Part shown: positions 1 to 9,620 of the stretch, piece after piece
Position numbering within the stretch: position 1 is the first letter of the stretch
Layout: the number at the start of each line of letters is the position of its first letter
Source of the DNA: a virus
Direction: 5' to 3' (one strand)
DNA: 64,000 nt
IMG/VR virus record: IMGVR_UViG_3300044530_000662
Coordinates: 53,286-117,285 of that record
Position numbers and translations under genes: made by a program
The notes under the pieces: model-generated
Database searches by the model: none
The model's input: only the letters and a program-made list of their open reading frames with translations
What the model was told of the DNA's origin: nothing

Positions 1-607
1 TAGTCATAGGATCAAATCCATTAACAAAAGCATTATAGTTTACTCTATTATCTCTTAATGGTAAATTAGGTATACCACCTACATTAAAGTTATCTCTATT
101 ACCAATAAAGTTCTGAGATACTCCAGTACCTAAAGGCATACCATATTCTCCACCTGATGCATAATACTTAGCATTAGGATCAAATACTTTTCTTTTTTTA
201 TCCTTTGGTTTTTTAAATAAATTATTCTCAGTAAATAATTTATTAGTAGCATCTAAGCTTCTAGAGTATGCTTTAGATGCTAAACCTTTTTTACTAGGTT
301 TAGGCATAACAACTAATTTTTTCATATAACCTCCTCTTTTCATCTGAGGATATTCATCAACATAGTCTGCTTCAGGAAACATATATTCTTGACCTGGATA
401 CATCATCTGTGGTTGACCTACGTTAGGTTGTGCATATACAGGATATGGTACTCCTTGCATAGTTATATTACCACCAGGTATTCTTGTATTTTGTCCAGGA
501 AATTTCCATTGTCCTGCAGGATCATAGATTATGTCCTTTGATTTTTTAGGAGCTTTGGCTTTAGTCAACTCCTTAGTTGCTTTTTGTAATATTCTGCTGT
601 TACCCAT
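1..607 (-). CDS. 5' part of a virion internal/cargo-like protein (runs off the left edge)
   Basis: Read manually, not in the ORF track. ATG at 607 overlaps the stop of the 1841 aa gene: MGNSRILQKATKELTKAKAPKKSKDIIYDPAGQWKFPG...YPQMKRGG...KYYASGG..., open to position 1. Confidence 0.75.
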   Translation of the reverse strand, partial: MGNSRILQKATKELTKAKAPKKSKDIIYDPAGQWKFPGQNTRIPGGNITMQGVPYPVYAQPNVGQPQMMYPGQEYMFPEADYVDEYPQMKRGGYMKKLVVMPKPSKKGLASKAYSRSLDATNKLFTENNLFKKPKDKKRKVFDPNAKYYASGGEYGMPLGTGVSQNFIGNRDNFNVGGIPNLPLRDNRVNYNAFVNGFDPMT

Positions 608-3600
608 TACCTTGGAGAGTATTGATTTTTACTATCTACTGTTTTTAATATCATATTGACATTACCAGATATTTCTTTTCTTAAAGATAAGAAATGTGTA
701 TAGTGTCTAAACTTCTTTCTTTGAAGTTGAGCTTTATTATAGTCTATATTTACTAAGTTAAGTTCTCTTGTGTAACCATCAGGTTTACTATTCCAAATTA
801 ACTGTTGTACATAGTTACCTAATAATACAGTTGTGTTAGGTACAAGAGGTCCTTGTGGAGGATAACCGGCACCAACTGGAAACTCACCTCTATTGTTTGT
901 TACATCCCAGAATTGATTAAACCTGTATTTGTTTTCTTCTTTAGAAAATAATATATCAAATCCAGGAACACCAGTAACACTAGGTAATCCAGTAACAGGA
1001 TTAGTAAATATCATTGGTATTGAAGGATTAAACTTAGGATAGTTTAAACTCAATACTATATTGTTCTTAGGGAATATATTTAAGTTTAAGTATCCGGAAA
1101 CTTGTTCTGAATTATAAATTACAGCATTGTCAAAGTTAAAGTCTAATACATGAAACTGGTCAACACAATTACTAGCTCTTGTATAACATTCTAGTATATA
1201 CTCAAATGATTTTACAACAGTAGGAGTTTGCCCAGTAATAATAGGGAACTCAATTTCAAATGGATAATTAACACCATAGTAGTTACAGTACTGTTGACAA
1301 TTAAAATTATGTTTCCATATAGTCTCCATCTTAGTAGTTAAGAATACTGTTTTAGTTGGTATAACTAAATCTGGATGCCAGTCATGATATGATATCCAAA
1401 ATTCATTTTTTGGATCATAACTTATTGTCCATGAAGCACTGTCAAATAGTTTTGGATCTCCAATTAAATAACGTCCAGCACCATCTAATGTAAAGTAATC
1501 TCCTGTTCCTTTTTGTACAGCTGCTCCATTTGAATTAACATAACACTCTTTTACAAAAGGAATATATTCTACTCTATCAGCTAGTTCTGGTTTAACATCA
1601 TAATCTTTTTTACAGAAATACAATATAGAGTTTTCATTATCATATACTGCTTGGATGCCAATACCTGCTACTGGATTATCTTGCCATTCATAATTTGGAA
1701 AATGTTGTGTTAATTTATATTTTAAAAATAATGAGAACCACCATTTTAAACCTATCTGAGATATCTCTTTTAAACCTTCACCATAACTAAATATTTTACC
1801 TTGGTTTTGTGACACATAAAAAAGTCCAGCAGGTGTAGACACAACAGATAATCTATTTTGAGAAGAACCATACTCATATGGTTTATCTGCATTAGATACA
1901 GATTGTCCAGGTTGACTAAATAAACCTCCGTCACCTATAGTAATCTTAGTTCCAAGAGCTGTATTAAGTGTATCAACACCTTGAAACATTTGAGGCATAT
2001 CATTTTTAAACGTGATAAATAAACCACTTTTATTAATAGATTTTACACCAGAGATTTGAGACTTAAATTCTCTATAGTTATTTGCTAAATATACAAACCA
2101 ACTATCTTTAAATGATTGATCTTGTTGTGGTAATGAATAGTATATTGTGTCTGGTAAGTATGTGTAACAAAGTTTAGCTACAGCAGGATTATAATAAGGA
2201 CTCTGTAAGGCACCAGAAGAAAAGTATTCTGTAAACAGTTTACTTATACTTAATGAGTAATCATATCTGTATGTATTACCTCTAGTAATGTTTTGAGGAT
2301 CAATATCAAACATTCTTGTTAACTCTGTATAGTTATATGGGTTATAATGTTTTTCCCATTCATAATCACCAGCAATTCTAAAATCTACAAGTACATCTGA
2401 TTCTACAAAGAAATCTCTTACAGAAGAACATGCTAAATAAAAGTTAGCATTTTTTGCTCTAAACAAACCTGGGTAACCACCAATAGGAAAGTCACTTGAA
2501 TAACTATAATACCTTGATGAGTTTTTATAATAATCTAAATTATAGAAACTGGTTGGTAAATCTCCTGTTCCTGGAGTTGTATTACCATTTGCAAAATCTG
2601 GAGCTAAATCTGATACATCATAATCTTTTGAATTCATCCAGAATCTTGGTTGCGGAATCATTTGACGCAATAAGTAATTAAACTCAAATCCATCAGGTTG
2701 ACCAAATAACCAGTCATAGAAAAAGAACATACTATTCTTTTCTGTATATCTATTTACAAAAGTATCACCTCCAAAAAATACAGGTGATTGTCTTATTCTT
2801 TTGATTTTTGTATCTACATTACAAGCAGCACATTTTGTACTTGCACCTGGTGTATCTTCTAATTGTCCTAAACTAAACTTCTGTTCACATGGAGTAATTA
2901 CAATTTGTTTAACTCCTTGCAATTGACCATATTGATTTCCAAGTCTAATTTTCATACCAGCATAATGACTGGCAATAGGTGCTTGAAAAGGTGTATCAGT
3001 TTTTGTAAATGTTGGGATGTCTAAACTTGACCCAGTAATATTAGCTAAGGTGTCAGTTTTAATAATTCCATTTTGATTTAATCTACCTAGTGTTGTTAAT
3101 GATTGATCTACATAACTTACACCAGTTGGTTCAGTAATATAATTAGGACCAATAACATTATTATATAAAGGACCTGCATAGTTAGGACCAGCCTTTGTTC
3201 TTATTACAACTGTATCAGATCTATTAAGGTTGTTTATACTATAGCTTGTGAGAGCATTATTATATTTATAATATGAAGGAACTTGTTGTATGTTACCTCT
3301 AATGTAAAAGCTATCTTCTATTTTAAATCTAAATAATCCATTAGCTGCATTGTTGCGTCTCATATCATCATAGAAACCATGAGCAATCATTTGTAATGCA
3401 AATTGATCTTCAGGTATAAAAGCTTTTATTAAAGTTAATGTTGTTCTAGCACCTTCACTAAAATAAAATAATAATTGATTAGTTGCACCAAGTGCTCTAC
3501 TAAAAGGATCTAAATATGCCCAATCAGGTAATGTATAACTGTATCTACTTCCTGATGCAGCTACCCCTCCTACTGCAACAGCACCTGCCATATAACCTTC

Positions 3601-6132
3601 AAGTGTTGTATCAATTACACTTAAAACTGGAGTACTGCCTGTATAGGCCATAGAAAAAGAATCAAGTAAAGCACCGCCCGATGTAAAATATCTTGTTAAT
3701 GCATTATTGTAACCTAGAGCTGGTATAAGACTTGAAGGTAAAACGTAGGGACTTACAGTATATGCAGCATTTGCAATACTTGCACCAACAATTTGAGCAG
3801 CAAAACTGACATCTCCTCCTAAGCCGGGAGTTGTATACTCAGCAGAAGTAATATCTATTTTACCTCTCATAGATATAATAGCTTCAATAAGACCTCCTAT
3901 TGAAATTACAGCAACAACAAGATCACTTAGTAATTTATTCTGTGGATGTTTGTTTGGTTCAATATATCTTTGATTAGATTGTCCTCTCAAATAACCATAG
4001 AGTTTTAATTCTGTAGATGATAAGAAAGGAGTATTAAACATAGTATCCGGAGAATGGAAACTTACCATATCCATCGGAACTGCTTGATCTAATACATTGT
4101 TATTATTACTAGGACTTGGTATTCTAATATAAGGATCCATAAAAGGTCTATCATGATTATTTCCAGACCCTGTATTAAAAAATGAGTTAATTGTATTAAA
4201 TGGATAGTTAGCATATAAGCCTGTAGTAGGGTTTGCTTGATTAACCACTTGACCTTGTATATTATATGTTCTAAAGTTATTCAACATACCTTTAGCAATA
4301 ATAGACTTGTTCCCTTCTCGGGAACCTCTTAGTATTTCATAACCTACTATACCAGGAATATCATTACCTTCATTATCTTTTGGATAAGAAATGTTTTCAA
4401 AGTATACTCCCATTAATCTAATCTTTAAAGGATTAGGTGTATAAGGAGGATTTGGTTTAAAATGATTAGTTACAGCATTAGGTGTAGTATCCGTCATGTT
4501 GTCTGGAAACTTATGATGTCTTATGGCTTGTCCACATAAATCATATTTAGTACTTTTTTTACCAAATACTCCTGTCCAACATTGATCACTAGCATTCCAT
4601 ATGTCAGGTCTATCATCAGGATATTTTTCACTAGATTCCCAATAAGCCATACGACCAACAGCAATAACAGTACCTCCATCATCAGTTACTGAACCTACTA
4701 CAGGATTACCAATAGGATCAACACTTGCTGTATTATATACTTCAAATATTTTATCATCTGGAGTTAAAGAATTTACACCATTATCATCATCATTCTCATA
4801 TGTTGGACTAGCTGATGTTGGATATCTTTCAGCAGCTCTTCCTGGAATATGATAGGATGAAGATTTATCTCCTGTATCATATACCCATCTAATAAAATAA
4901 CAGTATACTTCATCTCTTAAATAGCTTCCTTTATTACCACCTTTTACATAATAGTCTGCTGGATATTCTACGGAAGCCCACTTAGCTTGAATAAGATTAG
5001 CAAAAGGTTGATAATTAAAATCAAATTTAGAAGTAGGACCTACTCTTAGCAAGTAACTGTTTACTTCAGCTATTTGATCACACTTTTCAAACACTGGAGT
5101 TTGTAATGGTAGAAATTGTAATGGTACAGATAATAAATCTGTTATAATTTGATCTATTGCAATTCTACTAGTCTTAGTAGAATAGGTACCAATTTGTTTT
5201 GCTACTGTTCCTTGGTTAATATTCTGAACAATGACTAATTGAAATTCATCAAAGTTTTCAAAGTCTGCTTCTACATCTATTACCAAAGATCCTTGTAAAT
5301 CATTTGGATACCAGATTGGTTGTGAATTACTTGGAGAAAAATAATCTGTAACTCTTTGACCTTTAATACTATATGCAATAGTAGCAAAGTAAGTTCCGTT
5401 TCTTAATGTTCCTCCTTGATCTCCTAATCTTACTTTAAGACATGGTGTTGACATAAGTCTTGCAAGTCTTATTTTATCACAATTTAAACTAGAGTCAAAA
5501 GTAATATAATCACATGAACCTCCAGGTTTTACAAATTCATTCCATGCAACACCAGGCCATAATATTCTATTGGTACCATCAGAATAATAATTTATAGTAG
5601 GTTGACCTAACCACACATAAGGAGCTTTTGGCCATGTCTGTGGATCTCCTACATTTAAAAATCTATCTGGATTATTTGCATCAGCCCAATATACTTGCCA
5701 AGTACAATCTTCTTTTTCTCTTGCTGAACCAGATATAAGATATCTTTTATCAAATCCTAAACAAGCATCTTGAACAATAGGTCTATATGTACAGGTATCT
5801 GTTTCAAGTAAACCAATTTCTGACATAACGCTACCACCTTTAATTCCGTGACCAGCTGTAAAGATTATCCATTTATCAGAAAATAATTGTATTGCACCTA
5901 TGATGTATTTTTTTACTACACTAATAGGCATTGTTGATCCTGCTGTAATACATAAAAAGTTTGCACTCTCATTTGATATTGTACCCAAGTCACCTTCTTC
6001 TGTATTGTTTACAACATTACGGGCATGAGTCCACATACCTTCTTGTATAAAGGTAGTGTCAGCATCTTTATTTAAACCTTTAGTAAAACTACGGTTGATA
6101 ATTTGTGTTGTGTTTTGCATTCCTTTTGCCAT
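607..6132 (-). CDS. Tail stabilisation / muzzle protein (P22 gp10-like position in crAss-like phages)
   Basis: 1841 aa and beta-rich. N-terminus FTKGLNKD...WTHARN and position after the ring proteins match the crAss-like tail module as I know it. Confidence 0.7.
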   Translation of the reverse strand: MAKGMQNTTQIINRSFTKGLNKDADTTFIQEGMWTHARNVVNNTEEGDLGTISNESANFLCITAGSTMPISVVKKYIIGAIQLFSDKWIIFTAGHGIKGGSVMSEIGLLETDTCTYRPIVQDACLGFDKRYLISGSAREKEDCTWQVYWADANNPDRFLNVGDPQTWPKAPYVWLGQPTINYYSDGTNRILWPGVAWNEFVKPGGSCDYITFDSSLNCDKIRLARLMSTPCLKVRLGDQGGTLRNGTYFATIAYSIKGQRVTDYFSPSNSQPIWYPNDLQGSLVIDVEADFENFDEFQLVIVQNINQGTVAKQIGTYSTKTSRIAIDQIITDLLSVPLQFLPLQTPVFEKCDQIAEVNSYLLRVGPTSKFDFNYQPFANLIQAKWASVEYPADYYVKGGNKGSYLRDEVYCYFIRWVYDTGDKSSSYHIPGRAAERYPTSASPTYENDDDNGVNSLTPDDKIFEVYNTASVDPIGNPVVGSVTDDGGTVIAVGRMAYWESSEKYPDDRPDIWNASDQCWTGVFGKKSTKYDLCGQAIRHHKFPDNMTDTTPNAVTNHFKPNPPYTPNPLKIRLMGVYFENISYPKDNEGNDIPGIVGYEILRGSREGNKSIIAKGMLNNFRTYNIQGQVVNQANPTTGLYANYPFNTINSFFNTGSGNNHDRPFMDPYIRIPSPSNNNNVLDQAVPMDMVSFHSPDTMFNTPFLSSTELKLYGYLRGQSNQRYIEPNKHPQNKLLSDLVVAVISIGGLIEAIISMRGKIDITSAEYTTPGLGGDVSFAAQIVGASIANAAYTVSPYVLPSSLIPALGYNNALTRYFTSGGALLDSFSMAYTGSTPVLSVIDTTLEGYMAGAVAVGGVAASGSRYSYTLPDWAYLDPFSRALGATNQLLFYFSEGARTTLTLIKAFIPEDQFALQMIAHGFYDDMRRNNAANGLFRFKIEDSFYIRGNIQQVPSYYKYNNALTSYSINNLNRSDTVVIRTKAGPNYAGPLYNNVIGPNYITEPTGVSYVDQSLTTLGRLNQNGIIKTDTLANITGSSLDIPTFTKTDTPFQAPIASHYAGMKIRLGNQYGQLQGVKQIVITPCEQKFSLGQLEDTPGASTKCAACNVDTKIKRIRQSPVFFGGDTFVNRYTEKNSMFFFYDWLFGQPDGFEFNYLLRQMIPQPRFWMNSKDYDVSDLAPDFANGNTTPGTGDLPTSFYNLDYYKNSSRYYSYSSDFPIGGYPGLFRAKNANFYLACSSVRDFFVESDVLVDFRIAGDYEWEKHYNPYNYTELTRMFDIDPQNITRGNTYRYDYSLSISKLFTEYFSSGALQSPYYNPAVAKLCYTYLPDTIYYSLPQQDQSFKDSWFVYLANNYREFKSQISGVKSINKSGLFITFKNDMPQMFQGVDTLNTALGTKITIGDGGLFSQPGQSVSNADKPYEYGSSQNRLSVVSTPAGLFYVSQNQGKIFSYGEGLKEISQIGLKWWFSLFLKYKLTQHFPNYEWQDNPVAGIGIQAVYDNENSILYFCKKDYDVKPELADRVEYIPFVKECYVNSNGAAVQKGTGDYFTLDGAGRYLIGDPKLFDSASWTISYDPKNEFWISYHDWHPDLVIPTKTVFLTTKMETIWKHNFNCQQYCNYYGVNYPFEIEFPIITGQTPTVVKSFEYILECYTRASNCVDQFHVLDFNFDNAVIYNSEQVSGYLNLNIFPKNNIVLSLNYPKFNPSIPMIFTNPVTGLPSVTGVPGFDILFSKEENKYRFNQFWDVTNNRGEFPVGAGYPPQGPLVPNTTVLLGNYVQQLIWNSKPDGYTRELNLVNIDYNKAQLQRKKFRHYTHFLSLRKEISGNVNMILKTVDSKNQYSPR

Positions 6133-7163
6133 TATCTCAAAGTTGTATTGCGTCCAAAATAACCATTATACCCTTGGTATGATTTAAACATATCATAATA
6201 CTTAGAGTATTGTGCTCTTCTGTTTGTCCACCATAGTTTCTCCATCTCTTTAAAGTTTGGAGTATTAACTAGGCTAAGTGCTTGACTTCTAGCTGCTTTT
6301 AATCTTTGTTCAAGTAATGTCATTCTTTGAGCAACATCTTCACCATTTAGAAATAGGTTTTCCATGATTCTCATTTTTAATGCATACTCATAATATTCAT
6401 TTAATAAATCATGATCAGGAACTAAAAGCTGTCCTTGCTCATTCTCCATTAAACCTTGATAGTTAAGATATACTTTACCATCTTGAAATGTAGTAAACAA
6501 ATATCCATTCTTAATCCAACCTTCATTAGGTCCATTGTAATATAAGTTAGGACATTCACATTCTATTTCTTGACTAGCTTTTAATCTTAAAGGAATTAAT
6601 CCAGTATATGTATAATAGTTTGAATTAGTTATTACTTGGATTAGTTCATACTTGTCTCCTTTACAGTTCATAAAAACTCTTGGTGGAATACATGTATCAC
6701 CATATGGATTATTTGGATCATATGATGTTGGTATTGGATCTACTATAGGGTGATTAAGATCACAACCTGCTGTATGATTACACGGATTAGCATTACATGT
6801 TCTACAGTTAACACTTATGGGAGCACAAGTATCAACAGTACTTGGAACTTCTACATAGGGTATCTCTTGTATATTAGTACCGCCCTGTGGGTATCCTGTA
6901 TGTTGTGTATATTGACCACACACCATTGCATAGTTAACTGTATAAAAATTATCAGGTAATTTTACTTTACCATGACATACATCAAGTACAGCTTCTTTTG
7001 TTTGATTAATTCTAAGACCTAAATCATAATTAAGTTTTTTTACAAGCTTAATTAATTGTTGAGGCTCAATCATATTTTCAAGAGCAAATGAATTTAGATC
7101 AACTGTTACATCTTCAAGTAACTGATCAAATGTACGGTATTTAAGTGTGTAGTTAAAATCCAT
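6132..7163 (-). CDS. Tail tubular / ring protein
   Basis: 343 aa with KVKLPDNF and LLVPDHDLLNEYYEYALK segments typical of ring/adaptor proteins, plus a Cys-rich insert. Directly upstream of the muzzle gene. Confidence 0.6.
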   Translation of the reverse strand: MDFNYTLKYRTFDQLLEDVTVDLNSFALENMIEPQQLIKLVKKLNYDLGLRINQTKEAVLDVCHGKVKLPDNFYTVNYAMVCGQYTQHTGYPQGGTNIQEIPYVEVPSTVDTCAPISVNCRTCNANPCNHTAGCDLNHPIVDPIPTSYDPNNPYGDTCIPPRVFMNCKGDKYELIQVITNSNYYTYTGLIPLRLKASQEIECECPNLYYNGPNEGWIKNGYLFTTFQDGKVYLNYQGLMENEQGQLLVPDHDLLNEYYEYALKMRIMENLFLNGEDVAQRMTLLEQRLKAARSQALSLVNTPNFKEMEKLWWTNRRAQYSKYYDMFKSYQGYNGYFGRNTTLR

Positions 7164-7825
7164 TATCTAAGAGCATTTTGGCTGTCATCAGGACCATCAC
7201 TTGGAACTGACATTGACATTGTTAATTCTTTTACTACATATTGTTCTACTTCTGCAAACAAGTATTCAGGAATATTTAATATTTCATCTTGTTGAATCAA
7301 GCATGGTTCTGTATCACATTTTACTGTATTGTTTTCAAAGATTGCTTCCATTCTTATTGCATCCCAATCAATATTAGGACAGTATACATATCCGTTAAGA
7401 TACCAGAAGTAAGGTCTTGTGTTATACTTAAATGTTGTTGTTCTAGTCATGGATACCCAAGTGCCTGGATCAGTTCTAAACATTTCAATACTACCATCAA
7501 TAGATGAAGTAGTTCTTATTATAGGACCAAACATACCATTAAGTATACTAGGTAATTTATCTTTAGATCTTTTGAAGTAACATTCTGAATAAACACCAAC
7601 ACATCCAGCTTCAACTTTATCAACATCAATTAATTCTATGTAGGGAAGTACTTGAAATATCTGACTCATCTTCATTAACCTAAATTGATTATCCTCTCTC
7701 TTAATAAGAGTCTGAGAATATTTCATTAAAGAAAAGTAAATAGTCCTGTCAGTTAAAAAGGGATCCTCTTTAACAGCTTTTAAAGTATTTCTTACTCTTG
7801 ATATTGCTTCACCTATTGTTGTCAT
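7163..7825 (-). CDS. Ring / head-tail connector protein
   Basis: 220 aa: MTTIGEAISRVR..., YFWYLNGYVY, LNIPEYL. Position in the tail-ring block. Confidence 0.55.
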   Translation of the reverse strand: MTTIGEAISRVRNTLKAVKEDPFLTDRTIYFSLMKYSQTLIKREDNQFRLMKMSQIFQVLPYIELIDVDKVEAGCVGVYSECYFKRSKDKLPSILNGMFGPIIRTTSSIDGSIEMFRTDPGTWVSMTRTTTFKYNTRPYFWYLNGYVYCPNIDWDAIRMEAIFENNTVKCDTEPCLIQQDEILNIPEYLFAEVEQYVVKELTMSMSVPSDGPDDSQNALR

Positions 7826-8403
7826 AAGTTAAATTCATTATATGTTGTCAAGGCTTCTGCCTGTTTTTTAAGGGCATAATGCTTCTTAAAGAAGTTTTGA
7901 TATGTTATTCTTATTTTAGCATTAGGTTCAACTACCACATACATATTCCAATTTTCAGGATATGTTTTTGCTACAGCTCTTTTAAATTCTCTGCATGCTA
8001 CAAATTTCCAATACTCCTTATTTTTCATTTTTATTTTAGGAGCATAATTTGTATAAAATATTTTAGCTAGTTTTCCATCAGTAGCCCAGTTATTATTTGA
8101 TACAGCCATTCCGTATGTATGAGATTTGGCAAAGTCTATATTCTTTTTCTTGCTTTGCTGACAAGTCCCTATAAATAACCAACCAATTGATTCTGGTAAT
8201 TGCACACCATCTCTTGTATTAATAACTGTTTGATATACAGTTTGATTAAATAGTTTAGCTATTTGTTTCAATGTTGCATTATCAAAGTGTTTATACTTTG
8301 GATACCTATTTCTAAAATTTTCAAAGAACTCATTATTTAGAACATTATATACATCTGGTCTAAATCTTGGAGCTTTAACATCTGGTTTTTTAATTTCCTT
8401 CAT
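7822..8403 (-). CDS. IHF/HU-like DNA-binding protein
   Basis: 193 aa basic protein. Helical N-terminus then GVQLPESIGWLFIG resembles the HU/IHF beta-arm; crAss-like phages carry an IHF-like gene at this position. Confidence 0.55.
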   Translation of the reverse strand: MKEIKKPDVKAPRFRPDVYNVLNNEFFENFRNRYPKYKHFDNATLKQIAKLFNQTVYQTVINTRDGVQLPESIGWLFIGTCQQSKKKNIDFAKSHTYGMAVSNNNWATDGKLAKIFYTNYAPKIKMKNKEYWKFVACREFKRAVAKTYPENWNMYVVVEPNAKIRITYQNFFKKHYALKKQAEALTTYNEFNL

Positions 8404-8440
8404 GCTACTATATTAATATACTAAAAATAAATGACTTTAA

Positions 8441-8448
8441 CAAATGTA
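8441..8448 (-). promoter_or_regulatory. Bacteroidota sigma-A -7 element (TACATTTG)
   Basis: Matches TAnnTTTG, about 40 nt upstream of the IHF-like gene start. Confidence 0.55.
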
Positions 8449-8451
8449 CAT

Positions 8452-8485
8452 AAAAAACAAAACCCCCACAAGTGTGAGGGCTTTG
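8452..8485 (-). terminator. Intrinsic terminator
   Basis: On the minus strand: AAAGCCCTCAC-ACTT-GTGGGGGTTTT followed by a T-rich tract. Confidence 0.6.
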
Positions 8486-8532
8486 CCGTTGTTGTTACAG
8501 AAACCAACAAACCGTAACTTCTTTTAATACAG

Positions 8533-8641
8533 AATAATGTTATGGGCACGCCTATAATCAGGTATACACCTAGGTGCGTACTTATAATCAGGCAATCTCC
8601 TTGGAGATCAATTATCATCAAGCACTACCCATAACATTATT
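8533..8641 (-). other. Structured intergenic element closed by a 16-bp stem
   Basis: AATAATGTTATGGG(TA) pairs with (TG)CCCATAACATTATT. Contains internal hairpins and two CCTGATTATA repeats. Confidence 0.6.
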
Positions 8642-8652
8642 GTGCATATTAG

Positions 8653-9603
8653 TTAATGATTAAAATGTTTAATATTAGTAGGATCATGATTTATTGCATA
8701 TGAAACATAAGAAGGACCACCAATAGTCAATCTAAACTTCACTATTTTACATTGAATACTTGCTGTTAATGGACCAAATATAATTGGATATTTTGAATTT
8801 GGATCTGGATTTTCAATACCAATTGCAAATCTAAAATACACTGATCTGTTTGGACTATCTCTTTTTCTTCCTCTTACATAATATTTTGCTAACTGATCCC
8901 ATAAAACTGTATTATTAAATGGTGCTGGTAATGAGTCAGAAATGAGTGAACAAATATAAAATTCTCCTGGATTAAAATCAGTTAGTAATTGTCTTTCATA
9001 AGGTTCAGTTATTGTTAAAGGAAACTCTGAATGTGTAGGACATAATGTAGTTCCACTATAAAAATTACCGTTTGGAAAATTTATACCTTGCATGTGAGTA
9101 GTATGTTTCCATCCACCATGGTAATACTTTTTTTGTGAATCATCATTAATATCACGCACTTTTCTATTCTTTCCATTTTTCTTTACAAAAAGATAAATCT
9201 TAGGATTATAGTCTAAGTATGCATTAGATTCAGTACCAGGTAATATTGAAGCATGCAATAACTTACCTGCTTGTGATTGTATAGTTAATTGTGGTATTTG
9301 AATACCAGAGCCTCCTGAATTATTACAAAAATAATCAACTATACTTTCTAAAGCTTCAGCTACTGTATCATTAGTATTTACAATAGGTCCTGCAGGTGCA
9401 GGATTAGGTTCAGGTGCAGCATTAAATGTTTGAGCTACTGTACATGATAAAGGTAATCCTGTATATCTTACACATTGTGCATCAAATATTTCAGAGCATG
9501 GTTGTGGAGTAGGACATCCTATTGGTGTAGGACATGGAGCAGGACTAACCATAAAGCTATCCTGACATCCGCATTTCTTACATGTATTATTTGTTGTTGT
9601 CAT
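8653..9603 (-). CDS. Fibre/appendage protein with a Cys-rich N-terminal docking region
   Basis: N-terminal CSEIFDAQCVRYTG...NDTVAEAL resembles the N-terminus of the adjacent 511 aa gene; the C-terminal half is unrelated. Confidence 0.45.
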   Translation of the reverse strand: MTTTNNTCKKCGCQDSFMVSPAPCPTPIGCPTPQPCSEIFDAQCVRYTGLPLSCTVAQTFNAAPEPNPAPAGPIVNTNDTVAEALESIVDYFCNNSGGSGIQIPQLTIQSQAGKLLHASILPGTESNAYLDYNPKIYLFVKKNGKNRKVRDINDDSQKKYYHGGWKHTTHMQGINFPNGNFYSGTTLCPTHSEFPLTITEPYERQLLTDFNPGEFYICSLISDSLPAPFNNTVLWDQLAKYYVRGRKRDSPNRSVYFRFAIGIENPDPNSKYPIIFGPLTASIQCKIVKFRLTIGGPSYVSYAINHDPTNIKHFNH

Positions 9604-9620
9604 AGTTTAATTTTTTAAAA

